Source: Cyanophora paradoxa CCMP329
Lineage: Eukaryota; Plantae; Glaucophyta
NCBI GenBank assembly: GCA_004431415.1
Contig: QPMI01000059.1
Location: 186,001-250,000, forward strand
Reading direction: 5' to 3'
DNA: 64,000 nucleotides
Position numbers and translations under genes: made by a program. Under the pieces are notes generated by a model. It was given only the letters and a program-made list of their open reading frames with translations. It searched no databases and had not been told where the DNA came from. Each line of letters opens with the position of its first letter. Positions within the stretch are counted from its first letter, which is position 1. Shown here in pieces: positions 1 through 12,913 of this stretch.

Positions 1-1343
1 TGATGGACATTACACAGCTGCCCGAACCGCCACAGACCCCTCTAGATCCATTTTTAGCGTCCTAGCTCCCCTAAGACGACCGCTCGCCCGTGGGCGTCGC
101 ACGACATCGAATTTCCCTCTGGATCAATTCCGGTACTTAACCTCCGACAAATGCAGTCCGAGTCAGAAGGTGGGACCCGGTCCCGCCCGGTCCCGCGACG
201 AAATCGCGCCAGGGACGCCCCAGAACGATACAGAATGACGCGCGAGGGCGAGCGCATCGCCGCAAACTCGGTTTCAAGCGCCGTCGACGCTCCAGTGCGA
301 AGAGTCGGCCGAAAATTTGATCCAGCGCTAGCCGGTCCCGCCCGGTCCCGCGACGCGCGCAATCGATGCGTACTGGCGCGCATGGACATAGCAGGGCCTG
401 CGCACCCCCGAAATCCGCTTTTCGGAGCCGGAAGAGCGCAGGAAGGTACCCGACGGCAAAAATTCGATCCTAGACAGGCCCGGAGATCTTTCCGCGCGCC
501 CACGCCGCGGCGCATGCGCGGAACGATAGCATAAGCATTTGAGATGTAGAAGAAGCATTCCGCACGCTTTGCGTATGCGCCGGGCCGCGAGGACCCAGCC
601 GACCCCGAAAATTCGATCCTGGACGGACCTGAACATCTTTCCGCGCGCCCTCGCATCCTCGCGCATGCGCATCGCTACAATATTCATTTGAGATTTTATC
701 AAAGCCTTCCACAAGCTTCGAAGACGCGAAAGAGCACAAGAACCCAGCCGACCGCAAAAATTCGATCCTGGACAGGCCCGGGTATCTTTCCGCGCGCCCA
801 CGCCGCGGCGCATGCGCGGAACAATAGTATAAGCATTTGAGATGTAGGCAAAGTCTTCCGCACGCTTTGCGTATGCGACGGGCCGCGAGGACCCAGCCGA
901 CCCCGAAAATTCGATCCTGCATGGACCTGCACGTCTTTCCGCGTGCCCTCGCCTCGAGCTCCGCAGCCCCGCACATCGATGCTATATGCATTCAAGATTC
1001 TGTTTAAGCGATTCGCAAGCTCTGTGCATGCGCCTGGCCGCGAGAACCTTGCCCCTCCCGGGCCTCCCTCTCAACAATATTATATATAATTCATCTCCTC
1101 TAATCTCAACCTGCTCCGGCCTCCCTTTATTTCCTCGGTACATTAATATTCCTCTAGTTATATTCCTCTAGCCGGCCAGCGGTAGCTGGACTGGCCGTCA
1201 GCCGGCCAGCTTCCAACCAGCTGCAGAAAGCTGTTCGCGATCGGCCAGGCCGCTGGCCAGTGCCCTATAGGCCTACTGTGACAGCCGCGAGGGCGTCCGC
1301 GAGGCTTCGCCGTACTTAGTGCTCCGCAGGAGCACGGATCTTG
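1..1343 (+). mobile_element. Helitron-like non-autonomous element, copy 1 (5' part outside the window)
   Basis: Aligns with 1487-2972. Ends in hairpin GTGCTCC-GCA-GGAGCAC (1319-1335), then GGAT and CTTG (1340-1343). Contains ~150-bp internal subrepeats (core GACCCAGCCGACCCCGAAAATTCGATCCTG). Confidence 0.55.
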
Positions 1344-2972
1344 TCTCAAACCCGGTCAACAACGAGCCAAATTCCGGTCGGATTCGAACCCGAAACTTTT
1401 CATCTCCCCTGTAAATAATTTCCCTGTCCAGCCTCCTCGTGAAAAATTAATAATTTTCCCTCGACACGTACGTGACGCTTCCCCCATCACACAGCTCCCC
1501 GAACCCCCACAGACCTCTCTAGATCCATTTTTAGCGTCCTGGCTCCCCTAAGACGATCGCTCTCCCGTGGGCATCGCGCGAAAATAGAATTTCCCTCTGG
1601 ATCAATGCCGGTACTTGAGATCCGACAAATGCAGTCCGAGTCAGAAGGTGGGACCCGGTCCCGCCCGGTCCCGCAACGAAATCGCGCCAGGAACGCCCCA
1701 GAACGATACAGAATGACGCGCGAGGACGAGCGCATCGCCGCAAGCTCGATTTCGGGCGCCCTCGACGCCCCAGTGCGAAGAGTCGGCCGAAAATTATTTA
1801 AATTTGATCCAGCCGGTCCCGCCCGGTCCCGCAACGCGCGCAATCGATGCGTACTGGCGCGCATACACATAGCAGCGCCTGCGCACCCCCGAAATCCGCT
1901 TTTCGGAGGCCCAATAGCGCAGGAAGTTACCCGACGGCAAAAATTCGATCCTCCACAGCCCCGGGCAACTTTCCGCGCGCCCACGCCGCGGCGCATGCGC
2001 GGAACAATAGTATAAGACATTGAGATGTAGACAAAGCATTCTGCACGCTCTGCAGATGCGCCAGGCCGCGAGGACCCAGCCGACCCCGAAAATTCGATCC
2101 TCGACGGACCTGCACATCTTTCCGCGCGCCCTCGCATCCTCGCCGAGTCGCGCGTGCGCATCGCTGCAATATTCATTTGAGATTTTATCGAAGCCTTCCA
2201 CAAGCTTCGAAGACGCGAAAGAACACGAGAACCCAGCCGACGGCAAAAATTCGATCCTGCACGGATCCCGGACCCGGACATCTTTCCGCACGCCCATGGC
2301 CACGCCGCGGCGCATGCGCGGAACAATAGCATAAGCATCTGAGATGTAGATCAAGCGTTTCGCACGCTTTACAGATGTGCCGGGCCGCGAGGACCCAGCC
2401 GACCCCGAAAATTCGATCCTCTTCAGACCTGAACAACTTTCCACGCGCCCTTGCATCCTCGCGTATGTGCATCCCTACAATAGTAATTTTAGATCTTTGT
2501 TAAGCATTTCGCGACCCCCGAGGACGCGACAGGGCGCGAGAATCCAGCCGACGCCAAAAATTCGATCCTGCATGGACCTGCACGTCTTTCCTCGCGCCCT
2601 CGCCTCCGCAGCCCTGCACATCGATGCTATATGCGTTCGAGATTCTGTTTAAGCGATTCGCAAGCTCTGTGCATGCGCCTGGCCGCGAGAACCTCGCCCC
2701 TCCCGGGCCTCCTTCCCAACAATGTTATACATAATTAATCTCCTCTCAATCTGCTCCACCCTTTATTTCCTCAGTACATTAATATTCCTCTAGTCGGCCG
2801 GGCCAGCGCTAGCTGGACTGGCCGTCAGCCAGCCAGCTTCCAGCCAGAAAGCTGTTCGCAATCGGCCAGGCCGCTGGCCAGTCACTGAGTGCCCTATAGG
2901 CCTACTGTGACAGCCGCGAGGGCGTCCGCGAGGCTTCGCCGTACTTAGTGCTCCGCAGGAGCACGGATCTTG
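1344..2972 (+). mobile_element. Helitron-like non-autonomous element, copy 2 (head-to-tail with copy 1)
   Basis: Starts with TC immediately after the CTTG of copy 1. Ends with the same hairpin (2948-2964) + CTTG (2969-2972) followed by T. No RepHel ORF seen. Confidence 0.55.
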
Positions 2973-3026
2973 TTAAAACGCGGTAATTTATGCCGCGGTA
3001 ATTTAGTGCCGGCGCCCGACGGTATA

Positions 3027-3285
3027 CCGTAAAACACTTAAGTAATGCGCCGGTAAGTAATGCGTTTTTGGACCCGGACCCCCTTCACGGATAATTATGC
3101 GTCCCCGAATTAATGCGTTTTGAAGCCTTCTAGCAGCGTGAGGGGGGTACATGCCGCAGTTTTCTTAGCGCCGGCTTGGCGCTTCGATATTAATGCGCCC
3201 CCAAATTAATGCGTTTTGTCAGCAGAAAACGCATTATTTCGGGACCGCATTACTTAAGTGCCCGCATTACTTAAGTGTTTTACGG
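3027..3285. mobile_element. Tc1/mariner(pogo)-type MITE
   Basis: TIR CCGTAAAACACTTAAGTAATGCG / CGCATTACTTAAGTGTTTTACGG flanked by TA on both sides. Confidence 0.85.
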
Positions 3286-4214
3286 TACTAGTACTGACTC
3301 TGCAGCTGCGATCGACTCTAGCTGAGGCTCGGAGTCTGAGCCGAGTCTGAGGCTGTTTTCCGGATGCTGAACACAGACGGCGGACTTGGACTTTACCGGG
3401 GCTGTCGCTTCGCCGGTGGTGGCTATTTGTTCGGGTCCTAGGACGCCGGTCAAGTCTTGCCTAGGAGGCTCAACCGGAACAGCCCGTTAACGTTTGCCGC
3501 AGTACTAGTGTTTGCCTGATCATGATATCGATCGATCATGAAGACTGGCCTGGCGCCCGGGGGGGTACCGCGGTGCCACGGTAGCGCTAGCCACCGGCCC
3601 ACCGCTAGCCGCTGGCTCAGTGAGCTATATATATATCATAGTATAGGGCGCCGCCGCGCCGGCCCAGCTGCCGGCATTATTATGCGGCATAGCTAGTATA
3701 CGTGGCTATAGGGCCTAGGGAGTCATATGGCTAGTGCTAGCTATAGTCCTTGGGAAAACCGCGCCAAAGACTTAAGTCTACCGGACTGTCGGTTGGCGAA
3801 AAGTACCACCGGTTCGCGGAAAGTACCGAACTCGGCCCGGCAAGTCCTCCATTTCGCCATTGATATGTAAGACTTGACCTGCAACCGGAAAACAGCCTGA
3901 CTCTGTCTGAGGCTCCGGATCCGGTCCGATCGCGAGCCGGATCCGGATCTCCGGAGTCGCGACTCTCAGAGTCTGACTGAGGTTCAAAGTTCAACTTGCA
4001 AGTTGCAACGGTTCAGGGTTCCGAGTCTTCCGGATCCAGGATCCGAATCATCCGACTCCCAGATCCGATGATTCCGATGATCGTTAAACCGCCTGCCGGA
4101 TCCAAACTTCCGGATCGGACTCTTGATCATTGGAGTTCGGAAAGTGCCAATTATTTTCCTGTACTAAATTAACTAGTTCTACAGTATAGTACTATAATAG
4201 TAGTCTATATATTA

Positions 4215-4433
4215 CTGTAGGAATGCTTTTTTAGCCGATGTTTTAAATTGCCGTATATTGCCGAGAGGCCGAATTCGGCAATTTTGAACCACGGCAATTC
4301 TCAGGGGGTAGGGCCGGGCTAAACGGTCGCTTTTATTTTGGATGGCGCCATTGAAGAAATCCGGATCCAGAGTTTCGGCAATCTATCGTCACGGCAATTC
4401 CGGTTTTGGTCGAATTCGGCAATTTAACTACAG
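4215..4433. mobile_element. MITE family CTGTAGGA, copy 1
   Basis: TA-CTGTAG...CTACAG-TA with internal GCCGAATTCGGCAAT motifs shared with copies 2 and 3. Confidence 0.6.
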
Positions 4434-4698
4434 TAGTATAGTACGTAGACTCCGATCCGGAATCCCGACTCGGCGACCGGCGCCGGCGCCCGCCACCCGC
4501 GGCGGAGTCCGTTCAACGGTTGACGCGTCCGGCTCCGTAACGTAAATCCGTATATATATACCGATAATATACGTCGATATATATACGTATATGTATTCTA
4601 TATATATACGTATATGTGTGCATATATGCACAACGAAGGGAAAGGCACTCACTGATGAAGGCACTCACTGATGAATTACAGTTTAGCTATATATATTA

Positions 4699-5061
4699 CT
4701 GTAGGACGGCTCTTTTAATTTAGCCGTCGTTTTGTTAACGTTTTGCCGTAAATTAATTGCCGAGAGGCCGAATTCGGCAATTTTAAGGGACGGCAATGTC
4801 GCTCGTCACGTTCGCGGCACAGTTTGAACCTCGCCATGAGCGACGACGTGCGGAGGCCGCCGCGGCCGGCGCCTCGCGATCGAGCTCGCATGCGCAGTCA
4901 TAGTCAGCCTTAGCTAGTTTGTACCTCGGGAAGGGGGGGGGGGGGCTAATTTTCTGCCCCATACAAACAAAAGTTTTGGATTCGGCAATTTATTACCACG
5001 GCAATTCCGTTTTGGGCGAATTCGGCAATTTTTCACGACGGCAATTTAAGCCGTCCTACAG
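4699..5061. mobile_element. MITE family CTGTAGGA, copy 2
   Basis: TIR CTGTAGGACGGCT / AGCCGTCCTACAG, TA target duplication. Confidence 0.8.
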
Positions 5062-5436
5062 TAGCTAGTAGTATATATAGCCACTGCCGCTGAGCCCGCC
5101 GCACTGCGGCCGCAGCCCGGTAACTCGTTGCTACGCTGGGCCGTCGCTGGCTAGCCGGCTAGTAGCCCTTGAGCTAGTAGCTCTAGCCTCTAGCTAGAGG
5201 CTAGAGGCTAGACTCGAGAGCTAGCCGCGGGCCACAACTTAACGTTAACGTTGAACACATAAACTTTTGAAATTATCAATTATCAATACATAATCTTAAT
5301 TTATATTGGCATTGTTTTTGAGAAACTATTATGGCCAGACGCTGAGCGCCAGGCGTCCCCGTCGTGGATTCTCATGCGTACTAGTATGCTGGAGGGATGC
5401 ATAATACTATGATATCCATATGCTGCATGTTGCAGC

Positions 5437-5679
5437 ATGCAGGATTGCTTTTTTAGCCGATGTTTTAAATTGCCGTATATTGCCGCAATTCTCGTGGGGT
5501 ATTTATACGTAGGGCTAAACGGCCGCTTTTCTATGGCGCCAATGCCGCGCTATATAGCCCTAGTAGACGAAATCCAGAGTCTCGGCAATTTATGCATATG
5601 GCGGTATTATGGCCACGGCAATTTCGGTTTTGGTCGAATTCGGCAATTTGACTAGGCGGCTATTGAAGCATTCCTACAG
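5437..5679. mobile_element. MITE family CTGTAGGA, copy 3 (degenerate left end)
   Basis: Similar to 4215-4433; right end AAGCATTCCTACAG-TA is the reverse complement of the copy 1 left end. Confidence 0.55.
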
Positions 5680-6461
5680 TATTGATCGATATCATGAAGA
5701 GCCAAAATAATGAAGGGAAAAAAAGGAAGAGAGAGCGTCACACTAGCCTACCGGTAGTAGCCTAGCTCCTTCATGATCAGTCTGCCGCACTGCATGCACA
5801 GACGCAGCACACTGTGCCAGTCTGCACCGCGGCCGTACGTGGTCCGTGCACGTGGCACGTGCGCCGTCAGATCCGATGATCCGGGCCCGGAGTCCCGTCA
5901 CTGTCCCGATCGATATCGCGATTCCGAGTTCCCGAACACAGGGATGCCGCATGCGCAGGCTGCAGCTGCAGACGTCGACACCGGCGGCGTCACACCGCCC
6001 GGTGACCGCCGTCACACCGGAGTCCGGACAGCACTGATCATGAGCATGCGCAGCTGCAGCTGCAGGCTGCAGCTGCAACCTGCAGGCTGCAGGCTGCCAG
6101 CCTGCAGGCTGAAGCATGAATCTGCATGATACACCGGCCCGGGCTGCCGGCGTGACGGCGGCGTCCCCGCGGCCGGGCCCGCATGATGGCCGCATCATGG
6201 CCCAGTGGCAGTGGGCCGCATGCAGTGCAACCTGCCACAGCTGCAGGCTGCCAGGCTGCTCGTGAGTCGTGACTGAATCGCGACTCGCAACTCGCGGAGC
6301 TATAGCTGCCGCAGTTCGACGATTCTAGATATATATAGATCTAGAGCACTGCGGCAGCTGCAGGGACTCACGGGGGAGTTCGATTTCAAGGAGGAGGGCG
6401 ACCATTTGCGTGTGTGATCTCGAAGGCGCGTGGCGGCGCAGTTCGTAAAACGGCAGAGCGA

Positions 6462-9400
6462 ATGGCAACCCAGCCGTTCTCTCGCCTTCTCGCAGCTCTC
6501 TCGTTCGCCCTCGTCGCCGTCCTGCTCGTCGGCTTCAGCGTAGACTTCGCTTCCGCAGCGTCAGCGAAGGTCAACTTCGATGGCACATGGAATTCCGGGA
6601 ACTCTGCGCCCATCGGCGTCTCGTCCGATGAGACTATGGCAGTCGGAGTGGACATGGTGAAGCCGCAGATGGGCGCGAAAATCATTCTCGACAACAATTT
6701 CCGGGACCGGATCCGCCTGTGCGTTCAATCGGTGTATATCTGATCTGCAAATCTAGATCTGGTCCATGCTCAAACTAAACTGGGGGGCCCCATGGCCATT
6801 CCAGACAAATCAGCGGCGAAGAAAGCTATATTGGCTTGAACATGAACTGCGCCGCGGATTCAACCGCCACCAAATGCGACACCTATGGCGGCTCTAACGA
6901 CTACCTGGCCGGCATCACGAACGCGGCTGCCTCGGTATTCACAAAACCTGCGATACGCTGGGCATCCATGGCCAAGACGAAGCTGTACGTTGGCTTCACA
7001 ACAAAAGCAACCAAGCAAGTTTACGCGTGCAAGATGGTACGCATGTTGCAATATTAATGGCCGCCAGCTCTGCAGCCGCAAATTCTAATTGCAGTCAATT
7101 GTTGCGTTTCTGCGCAGAGGTTCCGGATCTCTCGCTGGGGTGGCACTGCAACGAATGCTGCTGACGATCCAACAGCGTTCTTCGCCGTCTACGCGAAGAA
7201 GGACGCCACTGCCCCCACCGACGCGCCTGCCCTCGACGATGCCGCTGCCGCTGCGCCGCATTATTCATCTATTGTCCAAGGCCTCACCGAGCCGGCTGAC
7301 ACAGCTGGTCCGGCGTACGAGATGTGCGCATGAGATTCATTCTTATCTAATTATTATCACCAATCACATTTTCTTTGTGGTTCCTACAGACACGAGAAGA
7401 GCATCAAAGATATTAGCGGGCTTAATCCAGTCGCTGCGAATGAGCACGTTACACTCTGGACGTACTTTGCAAACAAGGCTAGCGGCTTTGAAACTACATT
7501 CACCATCAAGGAAGCTAGCATTGAGGTGCGGTTTTAAGCTCTTTGAACGCGCCCACGCCTTCGATATATATGTTTCGGGTTAGCTCTTTTATTTTACGCA
7601 TCTTGATTTTTGTGATCAGTTTATGGATTGCAGCACCTGCGACTGTCCAACCAAAACAACGACGCCGGTAGCCGAAAAATGCGAGGACGAGACGCTGTGG
7701 AGCACCTACTTCCGAGCGCTCGAGATCCCTTCATTGGATATCGCTCCGACAATCGGCGAAAATGGGTCGCCAGATCAGAAAATTCCTGCGGGCTACGCGT
7801 TCAGAATGTCCATTTCCGATCCATCCAACATGCGCGATTTCGGAGAGTTGCTGGACTTCACTGCCGCAAATAACGCTAATCTGATCCGCTGGATCCCCAC
7901 CGGATATTCGACAACACTTGGCGCGAGCAGCACAGTCTCAGGGCTTGCGGCGATTCCAACCACGTTCACGCGTCCGGCATCCGCCCAGGGATCCACGGCG
8001 GGCTACAACTCTGGCGAGCGTTACTGGTATTTCACACCGTCACAGCACATGTGCGCTGCTTTGAAGCCGTGCTATTGATTGGATTGGATGAACAAGCAAC
8101 TCACCGTCACTCGCAGGACACTCACCGTCAGCACTTGCAAGGGCCGCAGATTCGATGGAAGCAATAAAGACAAGTCTTTCGACACCTATCTCTACGCTTT
8201 CAAGGCCAAGGAGCTTTGCGCTAATCTCGACAAGGCTAACAATCGAATCACCAAAACTGGCATGATTGACTTCAAAGGTGAAGGCATTTATGTGACCGTT
8301 TCCTTAATTTATAACAAGAATTTGCAATCACGCAGACACTGGCGCGAATCCAACGGCCAGCGGAGCCAGTTCAATCTACGAAGTGACTGACGCCACCAAG
8401 ACATGCGGAGGCGGCGAATCGTTCACTTTTAATGCTTGCAAGGGCGTTCAATACGCCTTTGCTGTGGACGTCAAGTGGGCCTATGGAGAACCTGCGACCT
8501 TCACCTTGAAAGGTCAGTTTCTCGAATTCAATGAAAAACTGTATATACGTAATTGCGATGTCCAACGCTTGAACACCAGCTGGGACGTGGGCTGGTGACG
8601 ACACATGTCGTGCGTGAATGCTAGCCGCCTGTCAATTTTCCTCGCGATCGGTGCTAACATTAAGTCCCTGCTCCTGCTTAGCGGTCATTGCTACACCGAG
8701 CCCTACGCCGAGCCCGTCTGCCACGCCGAGCCCATCTCCCTCTCCGAGCCCCACCGAGGCGCCCACCCCAGCGCCGACGACGCCGCCGGCCACCTCCGAC
8801 CCGGGCGCGGGCGCGAACCCCGGCACTCCGGGCACTCCGGGCACGAACCCCGACGCCCCGACGCCGGCGCCCACCCCGGCCTCGGCCGCGGGCTCCGGCT
8901 CCGGCTCCGGAAGCGGAAGCGGAAGCGGAAGCGGAAGCGGAAGCGGAAGCGGCACCCCTGCCACCAGCGGCACGCCGGCCCCGACGCCCACCCCCGAGCT
9001 CCCGAAGGTCTCGGCCGGCAACCCGCCCAGCGGCGGCTCTTGCACCGCCTCTCCCGCGACCGTCAAGGCCGTCGTCGACAAGGTCACGGTGCGCGGATAA
9101 TTACGTGTATATGTTATATGTTGAATAAAGTGCTTCGGCTATCAACGTGATTTTGACATCGCGCTCTAGGTGACTTGCACTGGCTGGGGCGCGAGCGCCT
9201 TCCCACTCACGTGCGTCAACAAATTTCATCTTAGTCAAATACAGCCTCTAGACCTGACACATTAACAGGTACACTGTCACCGGCACGGGCTACGCGAGCG
9301 AGCTCGCCCTCGACTCTCCTGACGCGACTATCAATTTCTTCTTCCCTGCTGTGTGTGAAGTGAATTGTTTGAGTGAATAGAATCGAAAACTTATTTCGTG

Positions 9401-11470
9401 ATCGATTGTAGAGCTCCGGGGGCGCGGTGACTTCGTCGCTCACGGTCAAGGTCAAGGACCCGAACGGCCTCTCGGCGACCTTTGCCATCCCGAACGCCAT
9501 CACCGTCACGCCCGTCGTCGACTCGTCCAAGCCGCCCGCCGCCCAGTTCGACGTGCGAATGCGCCAACCAGTCTAATGCACTATGCCCCGGCTGATGGCG
9601 ACGCCCGGCAGGACATGCTCACCACGTTCAACCAGGAGATGGCTAAGATCATCGCGGTGCGCCGCTCGGGTTTGCGATTCATAACTTCGATCCCGATATT
9701 GACGTTCTCGTCTTGCTTCTCAGGACAACACGCTCAAGTTCTCCGAGAAGATGGCCAAGATCCTCGCTAACATCGAGTCCCTCAAGGAGTACTACTCGAA
9801 GGCCACCGGCACCACCCTCCGCCGGGCCCTCCGCCAGACGAACGCCGACCTGCTCTCCAAGCTCTCCGGCGCCCTCTCCACCGCCATGACGGTCTGTCTG
9901 TATATAAATACAGATGGTTTTTATATTTGTAATCTCATTACGCGGACGCCTTCAGACCGTGACGACGGAGGCGCAAAAGTCCGGCGTCGACCTCAAGGAT
10001 GCCGCCGTGCGCTTCCTTCAAATGAAGTCGCTTATTATAAAGCAACGCGCCCATTCACCCTAAAGCCTCTCGTTTCATTCTTCAGACCGCCGGCGCCCTC
10101 GTGAACTTCTTCTCGTCCGTCGCCCCCGTCGCCTCCAAGACCGGCGCCCTCTCCGTCCGTCCAACATTGTGTTCTTTGCAGCGATAACACGCCGCTTACA
10201 CGCCGTCCAGGAATCCGCGGCGATCCAGGGCACGCAGCTCCTTCTCAAGGTCATCAAGGAGAACCCGGTGGGGCACATTGCTTACTTGTTCATCATCTAT
10301 ATATTATATATTTGCGAGCTAACCCGCACTTGAATATTCAAGAACCTCGCCACCACTCCCGGCGTCAACGCTGCGGTGAGCGTTTGCTGCTTCGACGGGG
10401 GCGGACGCACGCTTACTCGCTTCTGAACTTTTCCTTTCGCGCAGGCGCTGCAGGAGAGCCTCGCCGGCCTGGTGGCGGCCCTCCCGCCGTCGTCCTCCGT
10501 GGCCGCCAGCGTCCGCCAGGAGACCCAGAAGGCCCTCGCCGACGTCTCCGCCAAGGTCCGAAAGCTTATAATTAATAGCCCTTAAGTTATACAAGACCTT
10601 AAGTTATAAATAATACTGATCATGAACGCGCCGCGCAGATCACGCTGAGCAGCAACACGACGAGCTGCGGCAACCAGAACCCGAACCGCGCGGCCACCGA
10701 CTCGACCCCGTACAGCTTCAAGGTCTGCCCGGCCAAGGCCGGCCAGGCGCAGTCCCGCTCGCTCCGCGTCCGCCCCGCCGGCGCGACCCGCGACGTCGTG
10801 GTGCGTTGTGGTTTTTATCGAATACCTCTAAGTGGAATCGTAACAATTCATGTGTCGCAGATTACCTTCCCGGCCAACGCGAACGCTGGCGGTGACTTCC
10901 AGGTCTGCTTTATTACCTGTAACGCTGTATCTGTATCTTACACGTTTCTGATTCTCACCGCGACTCGTCCGCAGGCGATGGTGGCCCTCCCCGCGGCCTC
11001 GGGCTTCACGGCCCCGCCCTCCGGCTTCAAGATGCTCTCCTCCGTCTACGAGGTCACCGCCTCGACGCTCACCGGCCCGCTCAAGGAGTTCCCCGGCGGC
11101 ATCCAGTTTGAGATCCCGGCCTCGGGCTCCATCGCCACGGGCCAGAGCGTGCAGCTCCGCTGGTTCGACGAGGCCGCCAAGGAGTGGAAGACCGAGGGCT
11201 GCTCCGCCCCGACCCAGTCCTCCACCACCGCCGGCACATACACCGCCACCTGCACCCACCTCACCGCGGTCCGCCTTTATTTAAGCTTGACCATTCCTGA
11301 ACCCAAGTCTAACCGTTGAACTCTCGCAGTTCGCGCTGCTGGCGGGCGGCAGCACCCTCGGCGTCCCCGGCCTGAACGCGGCCGGCTCCGCCGCCTTCCA
11401 GGTCGCGGCGTCGGCCCTCGCGGCGACTCTCGCGGCCGTCGCGGCGCTCTTCTTCGCCCGGCGCTACTAG
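6462..11470 (+). CDS. Multi-exon surface protein, paralog 1: signal peptide, variable domain A, PPC-like domain B, PT/GS linker, REJ-like region, GAIN/GPS, C-terminal TM/GPI-like tail
   Basis: Signal peptide MATQPFSRLLAALSFALVAVLLVG. GT-AG exons join in frame: PPSGGSCTASP...VTCTGWGASAFPLTY...VKVKDPNG (REJ-like), QLRWFDEAAKEWKTEGC...ATCTHL|TAFALL (GPS motif), tail AAFQVAASALAATLAAVAALFFARRY*. Confidence 0.85.
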
Positions 11471-12913
11471 AAGTAGCCCCGGCAGAGGAAGGCTAAAGAG
11501 CACATAGTAGCAACGCTTCCGATCCGTTTGATTCCGATCCGGTGGCCGAGCAATAAATAGCGTAGTTTGTAGGCGTTTCGCTTTCGCTTTCGTTTCGTCC
11601 AATAAAGACATTAGGTGTTGCCAAGGCATATAAATTCTCTTGGCGGTAGGGGTTTTGTTTCTCATAGATTTGTTATTCGTAGACGAGATATACCAAACAC
11701 GTGCAGCTGCATCTTTCTGCAGTGTATTGTATTTCAAGATAATGAATGCATTCATAATCATGATCTTTAAGATCGCCGACACAGATTGACTCCACAAGCC
11801 CGGGCTTTATTCACTCCAGACCAGATCTGAATGATTTTCAGCTTGGGCCTGCGCCAGGCCCAGTCTCCGGATCCAAATTCGGACAAAGCGACCCCCGACT
11901 TCTAAATTTCTCGCGTTCGCTACTTCAACTTCAACTTCAACGTTAACGTTAACGTTAATTATAACGGATATCGATGTTTGTCCAGAATGTCGGACAGGAC
12001 CAGCTGCAGGCCAGGCAAACGGTTACACTCCCCCACTCTGCTCCCGGATTACCAATTGCAATCGCCCTGGAGCCCCGATCCATCGCCCTCGGTCAACCCA
12101 TTCGCACCAGGCCTGGGCCCCGCACTGCCTCGTCGTCGGCGGCGGCCCCTCGCCGTCGGCTGCCTCGTCGTTGTTTTTGCAAAAGTGGACGTTGCATTGA
12201 TCATGATACGTATACACTACGGCACAGGTATCAATGCACTTTTATGTCTGCGAGACGTGCCCTTCCGACCACGCAACGTTAACTAGATAAGAAAAGAGGA
12301 CGAAAAAGATCTAGATCCAAAGCCTCGGAGGGAGTGGGCAGAGGCAGCGGCAGAGGGGGTGCAGCGGATACGGGGCAGGATGCCACTGGGAGCCAGAGAA
12401 TTCGTTCACCCCGGGGTGAAACAGTTCATTCACCCCTTTTGAGCTTATTCCACCCCGAGGTGAACGAATTTGGTTCACCTCGGCTCGAAAAACGTCTCCC
12501 GGAGCGCTGTAATCAAGTTCAATGTGCTATCAAATGCGTGGTCAGATGTATGGCAATAAAAACAGGCAGCCAGATGTGCCAGATGCACGCACGCGCGCGC
12601 TGCTTTAATTTGCTCAAACTCGAGCTCATGCTCGAGACTTCGCGGGGCTGCAAGCTGCGAGAAACGAACACTTACAGACAAGCTTAAGCATATGCATATG
12701 CGCGCGCGCGCGGCCGCCGAAGACGTCGTCGGTTGTTCGGAGTTTGGAGCTCGAGCGCAGTCCAAGCGCGGGCGAACTGTCGTTTTGGCTCACCCTTCAA
12801 AGCGGTTCAAGCCGCGGGGGCAAGCTGCCCGTGAGCTCGGCGGTTGCTGCTACCAAAAAAAACGCGGCTTCCCCCCCCCGGTTCCCCCCCCCCCCCGGAG
12901 TGAAATGCTGGTG

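Noticed and set aside
54-2652. Overlapping 100-280 aa ORFs
   Set aside because: Lie in non-coding repeat units; frames are not conserved between copies.
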